DNA of 63,759 bases, the filler included, from Raillietiella orientalis (Eukaryota): assembly GCA_036172245.1 (NCBI GenBank). It is 2 parts of 2 records of this genome, joined end to end, with 100 filler letters (N's around TTAATTAATTAA, not from the genome) between each part and the next. Parts side by side here need not be neighbours in the genome. Positions count along the whole stretch, not along the records: positions 32,095 to 63,759 come from JAYWIR010000200.1; 1 more part is not named here. One strand, 5' to 3'. Position 1 is the first letter of the stretch, and each line of letters opens with the position of its first letter. Position numbers and translations under genes: made by a program. Shown here one piece after another: positions 50,001 through 63,759 of the stretch. Below the pieces are notes generated by a model. That model was not told the origin of the DNA and ran no database searches. It worked only from the letters and a program-made list of their open reading frames with translations.

Positions 50001-53000
50001 GATTTCACCATTGCAATTTTGCGCCTCTTCACGAAGCATCCATTTGCAGTGAGTGGCAAATTCCCGTCATGGGGAGCCGCTGATCCTCCCAATTTCCTGG
50101 TTTCAGAGGATCATCAAGAAGAGTCCGACATTTCATTATGATGTGGCACTTTGCATTCTGTGTTTTTTTTATGGTAACCAATGCCGGAATTTGAAAGGCA
50201 ATCTTCTCCTTCGTTCTGATTCATTATTTGGTCCAAATTTGCCACTTTTCAGCTTTTGTAATGATCTCGAAGTCACAAGATTTCACCATTGCATTTTTGC
50301 GCCTCTTCACGAAGCATCCATTTGCAGTGAGTGGCACCCGTCATGGAGAGCCGAAGAGCCTCCCAATTTCCTGCTTTCAGAGGATCATCAAGAAGAGTCC
50401 GACATTTCATTAGGATGTGGCACTTTGCATTCTGTGTTTGCTTTATGGTAACCAATGTCGGAATTTGAAAGGCAATCTTCTCCTTCGCTCTGATTCATTA
50501 TTTGGTCCAAATTTGCCACTCTTCAGGTTTTGTAATCAACTCGAAAGCAGAAGATTTCACCATTGCACTTTTGCGCCTCTTTGCGAAGCATCCATTTGCA
50601 GTGAGTGGCAAACTCCCGTCATGGGGAGCCGCTGATCCTCCCAATTTCCTGGTTTCAGAGGATCATCAAGAACAGTCCGACATTTCATTAGGGCGTGGCA
50701 CTTTGCATTCTGTGTTGTTTTCATGGTAACCAATGTCGGAATTTGAAAGGCAATCTTCTCCTTCGATCTTATTCATTATTTCGTCCAAATTTGCCACTTT
50801 TGAGCTTTTGTAATGAACTCGAAGTCAGAAGGTTTCTCCATTGCACTTTTGCGCCTCTTCACGAAGCATCCATTTGCAGTGAGTGGCAAATTCCCGTCAT
50901 GGGGAGCCGAAGAGCCTCCCAATTTCCTGGTTTCAGAGGATCATCAAGAACAGTCCGACATTTCATTAGGGCGTGGCACTTTGCATTCTGTGTTGTTTTC
51001 ATGGTAACCAATGTCGGAATTTGAAAGGCAATCTTCTCCTTCGCTCTGATTCATTATTTGGTCCAAATTTGCCACTTTTCAGCTTTTGTAATGAACTCGA
51101 AGTCAGAAGGTTTCTCCATTGCACTTTTGCGCCTCTTTGCGAAGCATCCATTTGCAGTGAGTGGCAAACTTTCGTCATGGGGAGCCGCTGATGCTCCCAA
51201 TTTCCTGGTTTCAGAGGATCATCAAGAACAGTCCGACATTTCATTAGGGCGTGGCACTTTGCATTCTGTGTTGTTTTCATGGTAACCAATGTCGGAATTT
51301 GAAAGGCAATGTTCTCCTTCGCTCTGATTCATTATTTGGTCCAAATTTGCCACTCTTCAGGTTTTGTAATCAACTCGAAAGCAGAAGATTTCACCATTGC
51401 ACTTTTGCGCCTCTTTGCGAAGCATCCATTTGCAGTGAGTGGCAAATTCCCGTCATGGAGAGCCGTTGAGCCTCCCTATTTCCTGGTTTCAGAGGATCAT
51501 CAAGAACAGTCCGACATTTCATTAGGAAGTGGCACTTTGCATTCTGTGTTGTTTTCATGGTAACCAATGTCGGAATTTGAAAGGCAATCTTCTCCTTCGA
51601 TCTTATTCATTCTTTCGACCAAATTTGCCACTTTTGAGCTTTTGTAATGAACTCGAAGTCAGAAGGTTTCTCCATTGCACTTTTGCGCCTCTTCACGAAG
51701 CATCCATTTGCAGTGAGTGGCAAATGCCCGTCATGGAGAGCCGAAGAGCCTCCCAATTTCCTGGTTTCAGAGGATCATCAAGAACAGTCCGACATTTCAT
51801 TAGGAAGTGGCACTTTGCATTCTGTGTTGTTTTCATGGTAACCAATGTCGGAATTTGAAAGGCAATCCTCTCCTTCGCTCTGATTCATTATTTGGTCCAA
51901 ATTTGCCACTTTTCAGCTTTTGTAATGATCTCGAAGTCACAAGATTTCACCATTGCATTTTTGCGCCTCTTCACGAAGCATCCATTTGCAGTGGGTGGCA
52001 AATTCCCGTCATGGAGAGCCGCTGATCCTCCCAATTTCCTGGTTTCAGAGGATCATCAAGAACAGTCCGACATTTCATTAGGAAGTGGCACTTTGCATTC
52101 TGTGTTGTTTTCATGGTAACCAATGTCGGAATTTGAAAGGCAATCTTCTCCTTCGCTCTGATTCATTATTTGGTCCAAATTTGCCACTCTTCAGGTTTTG
52201 AAATCAACTCGAAAGCAGAAGATTTCACCATTGCACTTTTGCGCCTCTTTGCGAAGCATCCATTTGCAGTGAGTGGCAAATTCCCGTCATGGAGAGCCGA
52301 AGAGCCTCCCAATTTCCTGGTTTCAGAGGATCAACAAAAAGAGTCCGACATTTCATTATGATGTGGCACTTTGCATTCTGTGTTTTTTTTATGGTAACCA
52401 ATGCCGGAATTTGAAAGGCAATCTTCTCCTTCGTTCTGATTCATTATTTGGTCCAAATTTGCCACTTTTCAGCTTTTGTAATGATCTCGAAGTCACAAGA
52501 TTTCACCATTGCATTTTTGCGCCTCTTCACGAAGCATCCATTTGCAGTGAGTGGCAAATTCCCGTCATGGAGAGCCGAAGAGCCTCCCAATTTCCTGCTT
52601 TCAGAGGATCATCAAGAAGAGTCCGACATTTCATTAGGGCGTGGCACTTTGCATTCTGTGGTGTTTTTATGGTAACCAATTTCGGAATTTGAAAGGCAAT
52701 CTTCTCCTTCGCTCTGATTCATTATTTGGTCCAAATTTGCCACTTTTCAGCTTTTGTAATGATCTCCAAGTCACAAGATTTCACCATTGCAATTTTGCGC
52801 CTCTTCACGAAGCATCCATTTGCAGTGAGTGGCAAATTCCCGTCATGGAGAGCCGAAGAGCCTCCCAATTTCCTGGTTTCAGAGGATCATCAAGAACAGT
52901 CCGACATTTCATTAGGAAGTGGCACTTTGCATTCTGTGTTGTTTTCATGGTAACCAATGTCGGAATTTGAAAGGCAATCTTCTCCTTCGCTCTTATTCAT

Positions 53001-56000
53001 TATTTGGTCCTAATTTGCCACTTTTCAGCTTTTCTAATGATCTCGAAGTCAGAAGGTTTCTCCATTGCACTTTTGCGCCTCTTCACGAAGCATCCATTTG
53101 CAGTGAGTGGCAAATTCCCGTCATGGAGAGCCGAAGAGCCTCCCAATTTCCTGGTTTCAGAGGATCATCAAGAAGAGTCCGACATTTCATTAGGGCGTGG
53201 CACTTTGCATTCTGTGTTGTTTTCATGGTAACCAATGTCGGAATTTGAAAGGCAATATTCTCCTTCGCTCTGATTCATTATTTGGTCCTAATTTGCCACT
53301 TTTCAGGTTTTATAATAAACTCGAAAGCAGAAGATTTCACCATTGCACTTTTGCGCCTCTTCACGAAGCATCCATTTGCAGTGAGTGGCAAATTCCCGTC
53401 ATGGAGAGCCGAAGAGCCTCCCAATTTCCTGGTTTCAGAGGATCATCAAGAAGAGTCCGACATTTCATTAGGGCGTGGCACTTTGCATTCTGTGTTGTTT
53501 TCATGGTAACCAATGTCGGAATTTGAAAGGCAATCTTCTCCTTCGCTCTTATTCATTATTTGGTCCTAATTTGCCACTTTTCAGCTTTTCAAATGATCTC
53601 GAAGTCAGAAGGTTTCTCCATTGCACTTTTGCGCCTTTTCACGAAGCATCCATTTGCAGTGAGTGGCAAATTCCCGTCATGGAGAGCCGAAGAGCCTCCC
53701 AATTTCCTGGTTTCAGAGGATCATCAAGAAGAGTCCGACATTTCATTAGGGCGTGGCACTTTGCATTCTGTGTTGTTTTCATGGTAACCAATGTCGGAAT
53801 TTGAAAGGCAATCTTCTCCTTCGCTCTTATTCATTATTTGGTCCTAATTTGCCACTTTTCACCTTTTGTAATGATCTCGAAGTCACAAGATTTCACCATT
53901 GCATTTTTGCGCCTCTTCACGAAGCATCCATTTGCAGTGAGTGGCAAATTCCCGTCATGGAGAGCCGAAGAGCCTCCCAATTTCCTGGTTTCAGAGGATC
54001 ATCAAGAAGAGTCCGACATTTCATTAGGGCGTGGCACTTCGCATTCTGTGTTGTTTTCATGGTAACCAATGTCGGAATTTGAAAGGCAATCTTCTCCTTC
54101 GCTCTTATTCATTATTTGGTCCTAATTTGCCACTTTTCAGCTTTTCTAATGATCTCGAAGTCAGAAGGTTTCTCCATTGCACTTTTGCGCCTCTTCACGA
54201 AGCATCCATTTGCAGTGAGTGGCAAATTCCCGTCATGGAGAGCCGAAGAGCCTCCCAATTTCCTGGTTTCAGAGGATCATCAAGAAGAGTCCGACATTTC
54301 ATTAGGGCGTGGCACTTTGCATTCTGTGTTGTTTTCATGGTAACCAATGTCGGAATTTGAAAGGCAATCTTCTCCTTCGCTCTTATTCATTATTTGGTCC
54401 TAATTTGCCACTTTTCAGCTTTTCTAATGATCTCGAAGTCAGAAGGTTTCTCCATTGCACTTTTGCGCCTCTTCACGAAGCATCCATTTGCAGTGAGTGG
54501 CAAATTCCCGTCATGGAGAGCCGAAGAGCCTCCCAATTTCCTGGTTTCAGAGGATCATCAAGAAGAGTCCGACATTTCATTAGGATGTGGCACTTTGCAT
54601 TCTGTGTTGTTTTCATGGTAACCAATGTCGGAATTTGAAAGGCAATCTTCTCCTTCGATCTTATTCATTATTTCGTCCAAATTTGCCACTTTTGAGCTTT
54701 TGTAATGATCTCGAAGTCACAAGATTTCACCATTGCATTTTTGCGCCGCTTCACGAAGCATCCATTTGCAGTGAGTGGCAAATGCCCGTCATGGAGAGCC
54801 GAAGAGCCTCCCAATTTCCTGCTTTCAGAGGATCATCAAGAAGAGTCCGACATTTCATTATGATGCGGCACTTTGCATTCTGTGGTGTTTTTATGGTAAC
54901 CAATGTCGGAATTTCAAAGGAGATCTTCTCCTTCGCTCTTATTCATTATTTGGTCCTAATTTGCCAGTTTTCAGCTTTTGTAATCATTTCGAAGTCAGAA
55001 GACTTCACCATTGCAATTTTGCGCCTCTTCACGAAGCATCCATTTGTAGTGAGTGGCAAATTCCCGTCATGGGGAGCCGCTGATCCTCCCAATTTCCTGG
55101 TTTCAGAGGATCATCAAGAACAGTCCGACATTTCATTAGGGCGTGGCACTTTGCATTCTGTGTTGTTTTCATGGTAACCAATGTCGGAATTTGAAAGGCA
55201 ATCTTCTCCTTCCATCTTATTCATTATTTCGTCCAAATTTGCCACTTTTGAGCTTTTGTAATGAACTCGAAGTCAGAAGGTTTCTCCATTGCACCTTTGC
55301 GCCTTTTCACGAAGCATCCATTTGCAGTGAGTGGAAAATTCCCGTCATGGAGAGCCGAAGAGCCTCCCAATTTCCTGGATTCAGAGGATCATCAAGAACA
55401 GTCCGACATTTTATTAGGAAGTGGCACTTTGCATTCTGTTTTTTTTTTATGGTAACCAATGCCGGAATTTGAAAGGCAATCTTCTCCTTCGTTCTGATTC
55501 ATTATTTGGTCCAATTTTGCCACTTTTCAGCTTTTGTAATGATATCGAAGTCACAAGATTTCACCATTGCATTTTTGCGCCTCTTCACGAAGCATCCATT
55601 TGCAGTGAGTGGCAAATTCCCGTCATGGAGAGCCGAAGAGCCTCCCAATTTCCTGGTTTCAGAGGATCATCAAGAAGAGTCCGACATTTCATTATGATGT
55701 GGCACTTTGCATTCTGTGTTTTTTTTATGGTAACCAATGCCGGAATTTGAAAGGCAATCTTCTCCTTCGTTCTGATTCATTATTTGGTCCAAATTTGCCA
55801 CTTTTCAGCTTTTGTAATGATCTCGAAGTCACAAGATTTCACCATTGCAATTTTGCGCCTCTTCACGAAGCATCCATTTGCAGTGAGTGGCAAATTCCCG
55901 TCATGGAGAGCCGAAGAGCCTCCCAATTTCCTGCTTTCAGAGGATCATCAAGAAGAGTCCGACATTTCATTAGGATGTGGCACTTTGCATTCTGTGTTTT

Positions 56001-59000
56001 TTTTATGGTAACCAATGCCGGAATTTGAAAGGCAATCTTCTCCTTCGTTCTGATTCATTATTTGGTCCAAATTTGCCACTTTTCAGCTTTTGTAATGATC
56101 TCCAAGTCACAAGATTTCACCATTGCAATTTTGCGCCTCTTCACGAAGCATCCATTTGCAGTGAGTGGCAAATTCCCGTCATGGAGAGCCGAAGAGCCTC
56201 CCAATTTCCTGGTTTCAGAGGATCATCAAGAAGAGTCCGACATTTCATTATGATGTGGCACTTTGCATTCTGTGTTTTTTTTATGGTAACCAATGCCGGA
56301 ATTTGAAAGGCAATCTTCTCCTTCGTTCTGATTCATTATTTGGTCCAAATTTGCCACTTTTCAGCTTTTGTAATGATCTCGAAGTCACAAGATTTCACCA
56401 TTGCATTTTTGCGCCTCTTCACGAAGCATCCATTTGCAGTGAGTGGCAAATTCATGTCATGGAGAGCCGAAGAGCCTCCCAATTTCCTGCTTTCAGAGGA
56501 TCATCAAGAAGAGTCCGACATTTCATTAGGATGTGGCACTTTGCATTCTGTGTTTTCTTTATGGTAACCAATGTCGGAATTTGAAAGGCAATCTTCTCCT
56601 TCGCTCTGATTCATTATTTGGTCCAAATTTGCCACTCTTCAGGTTTTGTAATGATCTCCAAGTCACAAGATTTCACCATTGCAATTTTGCGCCTCTTCAC
56701 GAAGCATCCATTTGCAGTGAGTGGCAAATTCCCGTCATGGAGAGCCGAAGAGCCTCCCAATTTCCTGGTTTCAGAGGATCATCAAGAACAGTCCGACATT
56801 TCATTAGGATGTGGCACTTTGCATTCTGTGTTGTTTTCATGGTAACCAATGTCGGAATTTGAAAGGCAATCTTCTCCTTCGCTCTGATTCATTATTTGGT
56901 CCAAATTTGCCACTTTTCAGCTTTTGTAATGATCTCCAAGTCACAAGATTTCACCATTGCAATTTTGCGCCTCTTCACGAAGCATCCATTTGCAGTGAGT
57001 GGCAAATTCCCGTCATGGAGAGCCGAAGAGCCTCCCAATTTCCTGGTTTCAGAGGATCATCAAGAAGAGTCCGACATTTCATTATGATGTGGCACTTTGC
57101 ATTCTGTGTTTTTTTTATGGTAACCAATGCCGGAATTTGAAAGGCAATCTTCTCCTTCGTTCTGATTCATTATTTGGTCCAAATTTGCCACTTTTCAGCT
57201 TTTGTAATGATCTCGAAGTCACAAGATTTCACCATTGCATTTTTGCGCCTCTTCACGAAGCATCCATTTGCAGTGAGTGGCAAATTCCCGTCATGGAGAG
57301 CCGAAGAGCCTCCCAATTTCCTGCTTTCAGAGGATCATCAAGAAGAGTCCGACATTTCATTAGGATGTGGCACTTTGCATTCTGTGTTTGCTTTATGGTA
57401 ACCAATGTCGGAATTTGAAAGGCAATCTTCTCCTTCGCTCTGATTCATTATTTGGTCCAAATTTGCCACTCTTCAGGTTTTGTAATCAACTCGAAAGCAG
57501 AAGATTTCACCATTGCACTTTTGCGCCTCTTTGCGAAGCATCCATTTGCAGTGAGTGGCAAACTCCCGTCATGGGGAGCCGCTGATCCTCCCAATTTCCT
57601 GGTTTCAGAGGATCATCAAGAACAGTCCGACATTTCATTAGGGCGTGGCACTTTGCATTCTGTGTTGTTTTCATGGTAACCAATGTCGGAATTTGAAAGG
57701 CAATCTTCTCCTTCGATCTTATTCATTATTTCGTCCAAATTTGCCACTTTTGAGCTTTTGTAATGAACTCGAAGTCAGAAGGTTTCTCCATTGCACTTTT
57801 GCGCCTCTTTGCGAAGCATCCATTTGCAGTGAGTGGCAAACTCCCGTCATGGGGAGCCGCTGATCCTCCCAATTTCCTGGTTTCAGAGGATCATCAAGAA
57901 CAGTCCGACATTTCATTAGGGCGTGGCACTTTGCATTCTGTGTTGTTTTCATGGTAACCAATGTCGGAATTTGAAAGGCAATCTTCTCCTTCGCTCTGAT
58001 TCATTATTTGGTCCAAATTTGCCACTTTTGAGCTTTTGTAATGAACTCGAAGTCAGAAGGTTTCTCCATTGCACTTTTGCGCCTCTTTGCGAAGCATCCA
58101 TTTGCAGTGAGTGGCAAACTTTCGTCATGGGGAGCCGCTGATGCTCCCAATTTCCTGGTTTCAGAGGATCATCAAGAACAGTCCGACATTTCATTAGGGC
58201 GTGGCACTTTGCATTCTGTGTTGTTTTCATGGTAACCAATGTCGGAATTTGAAAGGCAATGTTCTCCTTCGCTCTGATTCATTATTTGGTCCAAATTTGC
58301 CACTCTTCAGGTTTTGTAATCAACTCGAAAGCAGAAGATTTCACCATTGCACTTTTGCGCCTCTTTGCGAAGCATCCATTTGCAGTGAGTGGCAAATTCC
58401 CGTCATGGAGAGCCGTTGAGCCTCCCTATTTCCTGGTTTCAGAGGATCATCAAGAACAGTCCGACATTTCATTAGGAAGTGGCACTTTGCATTCTGTGTT
58501 GTTTTCATGGTAACCAATGTCGGAATTTGAAAGGCAATCTTCTCCTTCGATCTTATTCATTCTTTCGACCAAATTTGCCACTTTTGAGCTTTTGTAATGA
58601 ACTCGAAGTCAGAAGGTTTCTCCATTGCACTTTTGCGCCTCTTCACGAAGCATCCATTTGCAGTGAGTGGCAAATGCCCGTCATGGAGAGCCGAAGAGCC
58701 TCCCAATTTCCTGGTTTCAGAGGATCATCAAGAACAGTCCGACATTTCATTAGGAAGTGGCACTTTGCATTCTGTGTTGTTTTCATGGTAACCAATGTCG
58801 GAATTTGAAAGGCAATCCTCTCCTTCGCTCTGATTCATTATTTGGTCCAAATTTGCCACTTTTCAGCTTTTGTAATGATCTCGAAGTCACAAGATTTCAC
58901 CATTGCATTTTTGCGCCTCTTCACGAAGCATCCATTTGCAGTGGGTGGCAAATTCCCGTCATGGAGAGCCGCTGATCCTCCCAATTTCCTGGTTTCAGAG

Positions 59001-62000
59001 GATCATCAAGAACAGTCCGACATTTCATTAGGAAGTGGCACTTTGCATTCTGTGTTGTTTTCATGGTAACCAATGTCGGAATTTGAAAGGCAATCTTCTC
59101 CTTCGCTCTGATTCATTATTTGGTCCAAATTTGCCACTCTTCAGGTTTTGAAATCAACTCGAAAGCAGAAGATTTCACCATTGCACTTTTGCGCCTCTTT
59201 GCGAAGCATCCATTTGCAGTGAGTGGCAAATTCCCGTCATGGAGAGCCGAAGAGCCTCCCAATTTCCTGGTTTCAGAGGATCAACAAAAAGAGTCCGACA
59301 TTTCATTATGATGTGGCACTTTGCATTCTGTGTTTTTTCTATGGTAACCAATGCCGGAATTTGAAAGGCAATCTTCTCCTTCGTTCTGATTCATTATTTG
59401 GTCCAAATTTGCCACTTTTCAGCTTTTGTAATGATCTCGAAGTCACAAGATTTCACCATTGCATTTTTGCGCCTCTTCACGAAGCATCCATTTGCAGTGG
59501 GTGGCAAATTCCCGTCATGGAGAGCCGAAGAGCCTCCCAATTTCCTGCTTTCAGAGGATCATCAAGAAGAGTCCGACATTTCATTAGGATGTGGCACTTT
59601 GCATTCTGTGTTTTCTTTATGGTAACCAATGTCGGAATTTGAAAGGCAATCTTCTCCTTCGCTCTGATTCATTATTTGGTCCAAATTTCCCACTCTTCAG
59701 GTTTTGTAATCAACTCGAAAGCAGAAGATTTCACCATTGCACTTTTGCGCCTCTTTGCGAAGCATCCATTTGCAGTGAGTGGCAAACTCCCGTCATGGGG
59801 AGCCGCTGATCCTCCCAATTTCCTGGTTTCAGAGGATCATCAAGAACAGTCCGACATTTCATTAGGGCGTGGCACTTTGCATTCTGTGTTGTTTTCATGG
59901 TAACCAATGTCGGAATTTGAAAGGCAATCTTCTCCTTCGATCTTATTCATTATTTCGTCCAAATTTGCCACTTTTGAGCTTTTGTAATGAACTCGAAGTC
60001 AGAAGGTTTCTCCATTGCACTTTTGCGCCTCTTCACGAAGCATCCATTTGCAGTGAGTGGCAAATGCCCGTCATGGAGAGCCGAAGAGCCTCCCAATTTC
60101 CTGGTTTCAGAGGATCATCAAGAAGAGTTCGACATTTCATTATGATGTGGCACTTTGCATTCTGTGTTTTCTTTATGGTAACCAATGTCGGAATTTGAAA
60201 GGCAATCTTCTCCTTCCATCTAATTCATTATTTCGTCCAAATTTGCCACTTTTGAGCTTTTGTAATGAACTCGAAGTCAGAAGGTTTCTCCATTGCACTT
60301 TTGCGCCTCTTCACGAAGCATCCATTTGCAGTGAGTGGCAAATGCCCGTTATGGGGAGCCGAAGAGCCTCCCAATTTCCTGGTTTCAGAGGATCATCAAG
60401 AAGAGTCCGACATTTCATTATGATGTGGCACTTTGCATTCTGTGTTTTCTTCATGGTAACCAATGTCGGAATTTGAAAGGCAATCTTCACCTTCCATCTT
60501 ATTCATTATTTCGTCCAAATTTGCCACTTTTGAGCTTTTGTAATGAACTCGAAGTCAGAAGGTTTCTCCATTGCACCTTTGCGCCTTTTCACGAAGCATC
60601 CATTTGCAGTGAGTGGAAAATTCCCGTCATGGAGAGCCGAAGAGCCTCCCAATTTCCTGGTTTCAGAGGATCATCAAGAACAGTCCGACATTTCATTAGG
60701 AAGTGGCACTTTGCATTCTGTGTTGTTTTCATGGTAACCAATGTCGGAATTTGAAAGGCAATCTTCTCCTTCGCTCTGATTCATTATTTGGTCCAAATTT
60801 GCCACTCTTCAGGTTTTGTAATCAACTCGAAAGCAGAAGATTTCACCATTGCACTTTTGCGCCTCTTTGCGAAGCATCCATTTGCAGTGAGTGGCAAATT
60901 CCCGTCATGGAGAGCCGAAGAGCCTCCCAATTTCCTGGTTTCAGAGGATCATCAAGAAAAGTCCGACATTTCATTATGATGTGGCACTTTGCATTCTGTG
61001 TTTTCTTTATGGTAACCAATGTCGGAATTTGAAAGGCAATCTTCTCCTTCGCTCTGATTCATTATTTGGTCAAAATTTGCCACTCTTCAGGTTTTGTAAT
61101 CAACTCGAAACCAGAAGATTTCACCATTGCACTTTTGCGCCTCTTTGCGAAGCATCCATTTGCAGTGAGTGGCAAACTCCCGTCATGGGGAGCCGCTGAT
61201 CCTCCCAATTTCCTGGTTTCAGAGGATCATCAAGAACAGTCCGACATTTCATTAGGGCGTGGCACTTTGCATTCTGTGTTGTTTTCATGGTAACCAATGT
61301 CGGAATTTGAAAGGCAATCTTCTCCTTCGCTCTGATTCATTATTTGGTCCAAATTTGCCACTTTTGAGCTTTTGTAATGAACTCGAAGTCAGAAGGTTTC
61401 TCCATTGCACTTTTGCGCCTCTTCACGAAGCATCCATTTGCAGTGAGTGGCAAATTCCCGTCATGGAGAGCCGCTGAGCCTCCCAATTTCCTGGTTTCAG
61501 AGGATCATCAAGAACAGTCCGACATTTCATTAGGGCGTGGCACTTTGCATTCTGTGTTGTTTTCATGGTAACCAATGTCGGAATTTGAAAGGCAATCTTC
61601 TCCTTCGCTCTGATTCATTATTTGGTCCAAATTTGCCACTTTTCAGCTTTTGTAATGAACTCGAAGTCAGAAGGTTTCTCCATTGCACTTTTGCGCCTCT
61701 TCACGAAGCATCCATTTGCAGTGAGTGGCAAATTCCCGTCATGGAGAGCCGATGAGCCTCCCAATTTCCTGGTTTCAGAGGATCATCAAGAACAGTCCGA
61801 CATTTCATTAGGACGTGGCACTTTGCATTCTGTGTTGTTTTCATGGTAACCAATGTCGGAATTTGAAAGGCAATCTTCTCCTTCGCTCTGATTCATTATT
61901 TGGTCCAAATTTGCCACTTTTCAGCTTTTGTAATGATCTCGAAGTCACAAGATTTCACCATTGCACTTTTGCGCCTCTTCACGAAGCATCCATTTGCAGT

Positions 62001-63759
62001 GAGTGGCAAATTCCCGTCATGGAGAGCCGAAGAGCCTCCCAATTTCCTGGTTTCAGAGGATCATCAAGAACAGTCCGACATTTCATTAGGAAGTGGCACT
62101 TTGCATTCTGTGTTGTTTTCATGGTAACCAATGTCGGAATTTGAAAGGCAATCTTCTCCTTCGCTCTGATTCATTATTTGGTCCAAATTTGCCACTCTTC
62201 AGGTTTTGTAATCAACTCGAAAGCAGAAGATTTCACCATTGCACTTTTGCGCCTCTTTGCGAAGCATCCATTTGCAGTGAGTGGCAAACTCCCGTCATGG
62301 GGAGCCGCTGATCCTCCCAATTTCCTGGTTTCAGAGGATCATCAAGAACAGTCCGACATTTCATTAGGGCGTGGCACTTTGCATTCTGTGTTGTTTTCAT
62401 GGTAACCAATGTCGGAATTTGAAAGGCAATCTTCTCCTTCGATCTTATTCATTATTTCGTCCAAATTTGCCACTTTTGAGCTTTTGTAATGAACTCGAAG
62501 TCAGAAGGTTTCTCCATTGCACTTTTGCGCCTCTTCACGAAGCATCCATTTGCAGTGAGTGGCAAATGCCCGTCATGGAGAGCCGAAGAGCCTCCCAATT
62601 TCCTGGTTTCAGAGGATCATCAAGAAGAGTCCGACATTTCATTATGATGTGGCACTTTGCATTCTGTGTTTTCTTTATGGTAACCAATGTCGGAATTTGA
62701 AAGGCAATCTTCTCCTTCGCTCTGATTCATTATTTGGTCCAAATTTGCCACTTTTGAGCTTTTGTAATGAACTCGAAGTCAGAAGGTTTCTCCATTGCAC
62801 TTTTGCGCCTCTTCACGAAGCATCCATTTGCAGTGAGTGGCAAATGCCCGTCATGGGAAGAGCCTCCCAATTTCCTGGTTTCAGAGGATCATCAAGAAGA
62901 GTCCGACATTTCATTATGATGTGGCACTTTGCATTCTGTGTTTTCTTCATGGTAACCAATGTCGGAATTTGAAAGGCAATCTTCTCCTTCCATCTTATTC
63001 ATTATTTCGTCCAAATTTGCCACTTTTGAGCTTTTGTAATGAACTCGAAGTCAGAAGGTTTCTCCATTGCACCTTTGCGCCTTTTCACGAAGCATCCATT
63101 TGCAGTGAGTGGAAAATTCCCGTCATGGAGAGCCGAAGAGCCTCCCAATTTCCTGGTTTCAGAGGATCATCAAGAACAGTCCGACATTTCATTAGGAAGT
63201 GGCACTTTGCATTCTGTGTTGTTTTCATGGTAACCAATGTCGGAATTTGAAAGGCAATCTTCTCCTTCGCTCTGATTCATTATTTGGTCCAAATTTGCCA
63301 CTCTTCAGGTTTTGTAATCAACTCGAAAGCAGAAGATTTCACCATTGCACTTTTGCGCCTCTTTGCGAAGCATCCATTTGCAGTGAGTGGCAAATTCCCG
63401 TCATGGAGAGCCGAAGAGCCTCCCAATTTCCTGGTTTCAGAGGATCAACAAGAAAAGTCCGACATTTCATTATGATGTGGCACTTTGCATTCTGTGTTTT
63501 TTTTATGGTAACCAATGCCGGAATTTGAAAGGCAATCTTCTCCTTCGTTCTGATTCATTATTTGGTCCAAATTTGCCACTTTTCAGCTTTTGTAATGATC
63601 TCGAAGTCACAAGATTTCACCATTGCATTTTTGCGCCTCTTCACGAAGCATCCATTTGCAGTGGGTGGCAAATTCCCGTCATGGAGAGCCGAAGAGCCTC
63701 CCAATTTCCTGCTTTCAGAGGATCATCAAGAAGAGTCCGACATTTCATTAGGATGTGGC
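32095..63759 (+). repeat. Tandem satellite DNA, 278-bp monomer, ~114 head-to-tail copies
   Basis: ORF-track starts recur every 278 bp (32365, 32643, 32921...). The monomer begins TTGCATTCTGTGTTGTTTTCATGGTAACCAATGTCGG. Copies differ only by substitutions and rare 1-6 bp deletions. Confidence 0.99.

Noticed and set aside
32135..63528. Recurrent 72-196 aa ORFs (MALCILCCFHGNQ..., MVQICHFS...) as a tandem gene family
   Set aside because: They are by-products of the 278-bp period, which is not a multiple of 3. Most start at GTG/TTG, stops and frameshifts occur freely, and no domain is recognisable.
32095..63759. CRISPR array or tandem RNA-gene (5S, tRNA, snRNA) array
   Set aside because: There are no unique spacers, since the whole unit repeats, and no cas genes. 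I could not recognise a 5S, tRNA or snRNA sequence in the monomer; an Rfam scan would be the formal test.

Overview
This is eukaryotic DNA, most likely from an arthropod. It consists of two separate contigs joined by an artificial 100-bp linker (44 N + TTAATTAATTAA + 44 N, 31995-32094). Contig 1 (1-31994) is a giant inverted repeat: position x mirrors 31995-x, the arms are 1-13056 and 18939-31994, and a 5.9-kb unique spacer lies between them. Each arm carries three things: (i) a nest of decayed Tx1/L1-clade non-LTR retrotransposons, including a 2.77-kb internally deleted element inserted antisense into a relative with a 14-bp target-site duplication; (ii) an apparently intact spliced gene for a Cys-rich, CUB-type secreted protein, which the ORF track only shows as fragments; and (iii) a convergent, degraded paralog of that gene. 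The spacer holds a 465-bp tandem duplication at the arm breakpoint, a reverse-transcriptase fragment interrupted by a second antisense LINE, and a third, 3'-only pseudogene of the CUB gene. Contig 2 (32095-63759) is about 114 copies of a 278-bp satellite. The monomer looks like an ancient ~139-bp dimer, contains internal dyads, and shows multi-monomer higher-order duplications. I found no prokaryotic systems, CRISPR arrays or RNA genes. All alignments were done by eye. Whether the palindrome is biological or an assembly/amplification fold-back cannot be settled from the sequence alone.
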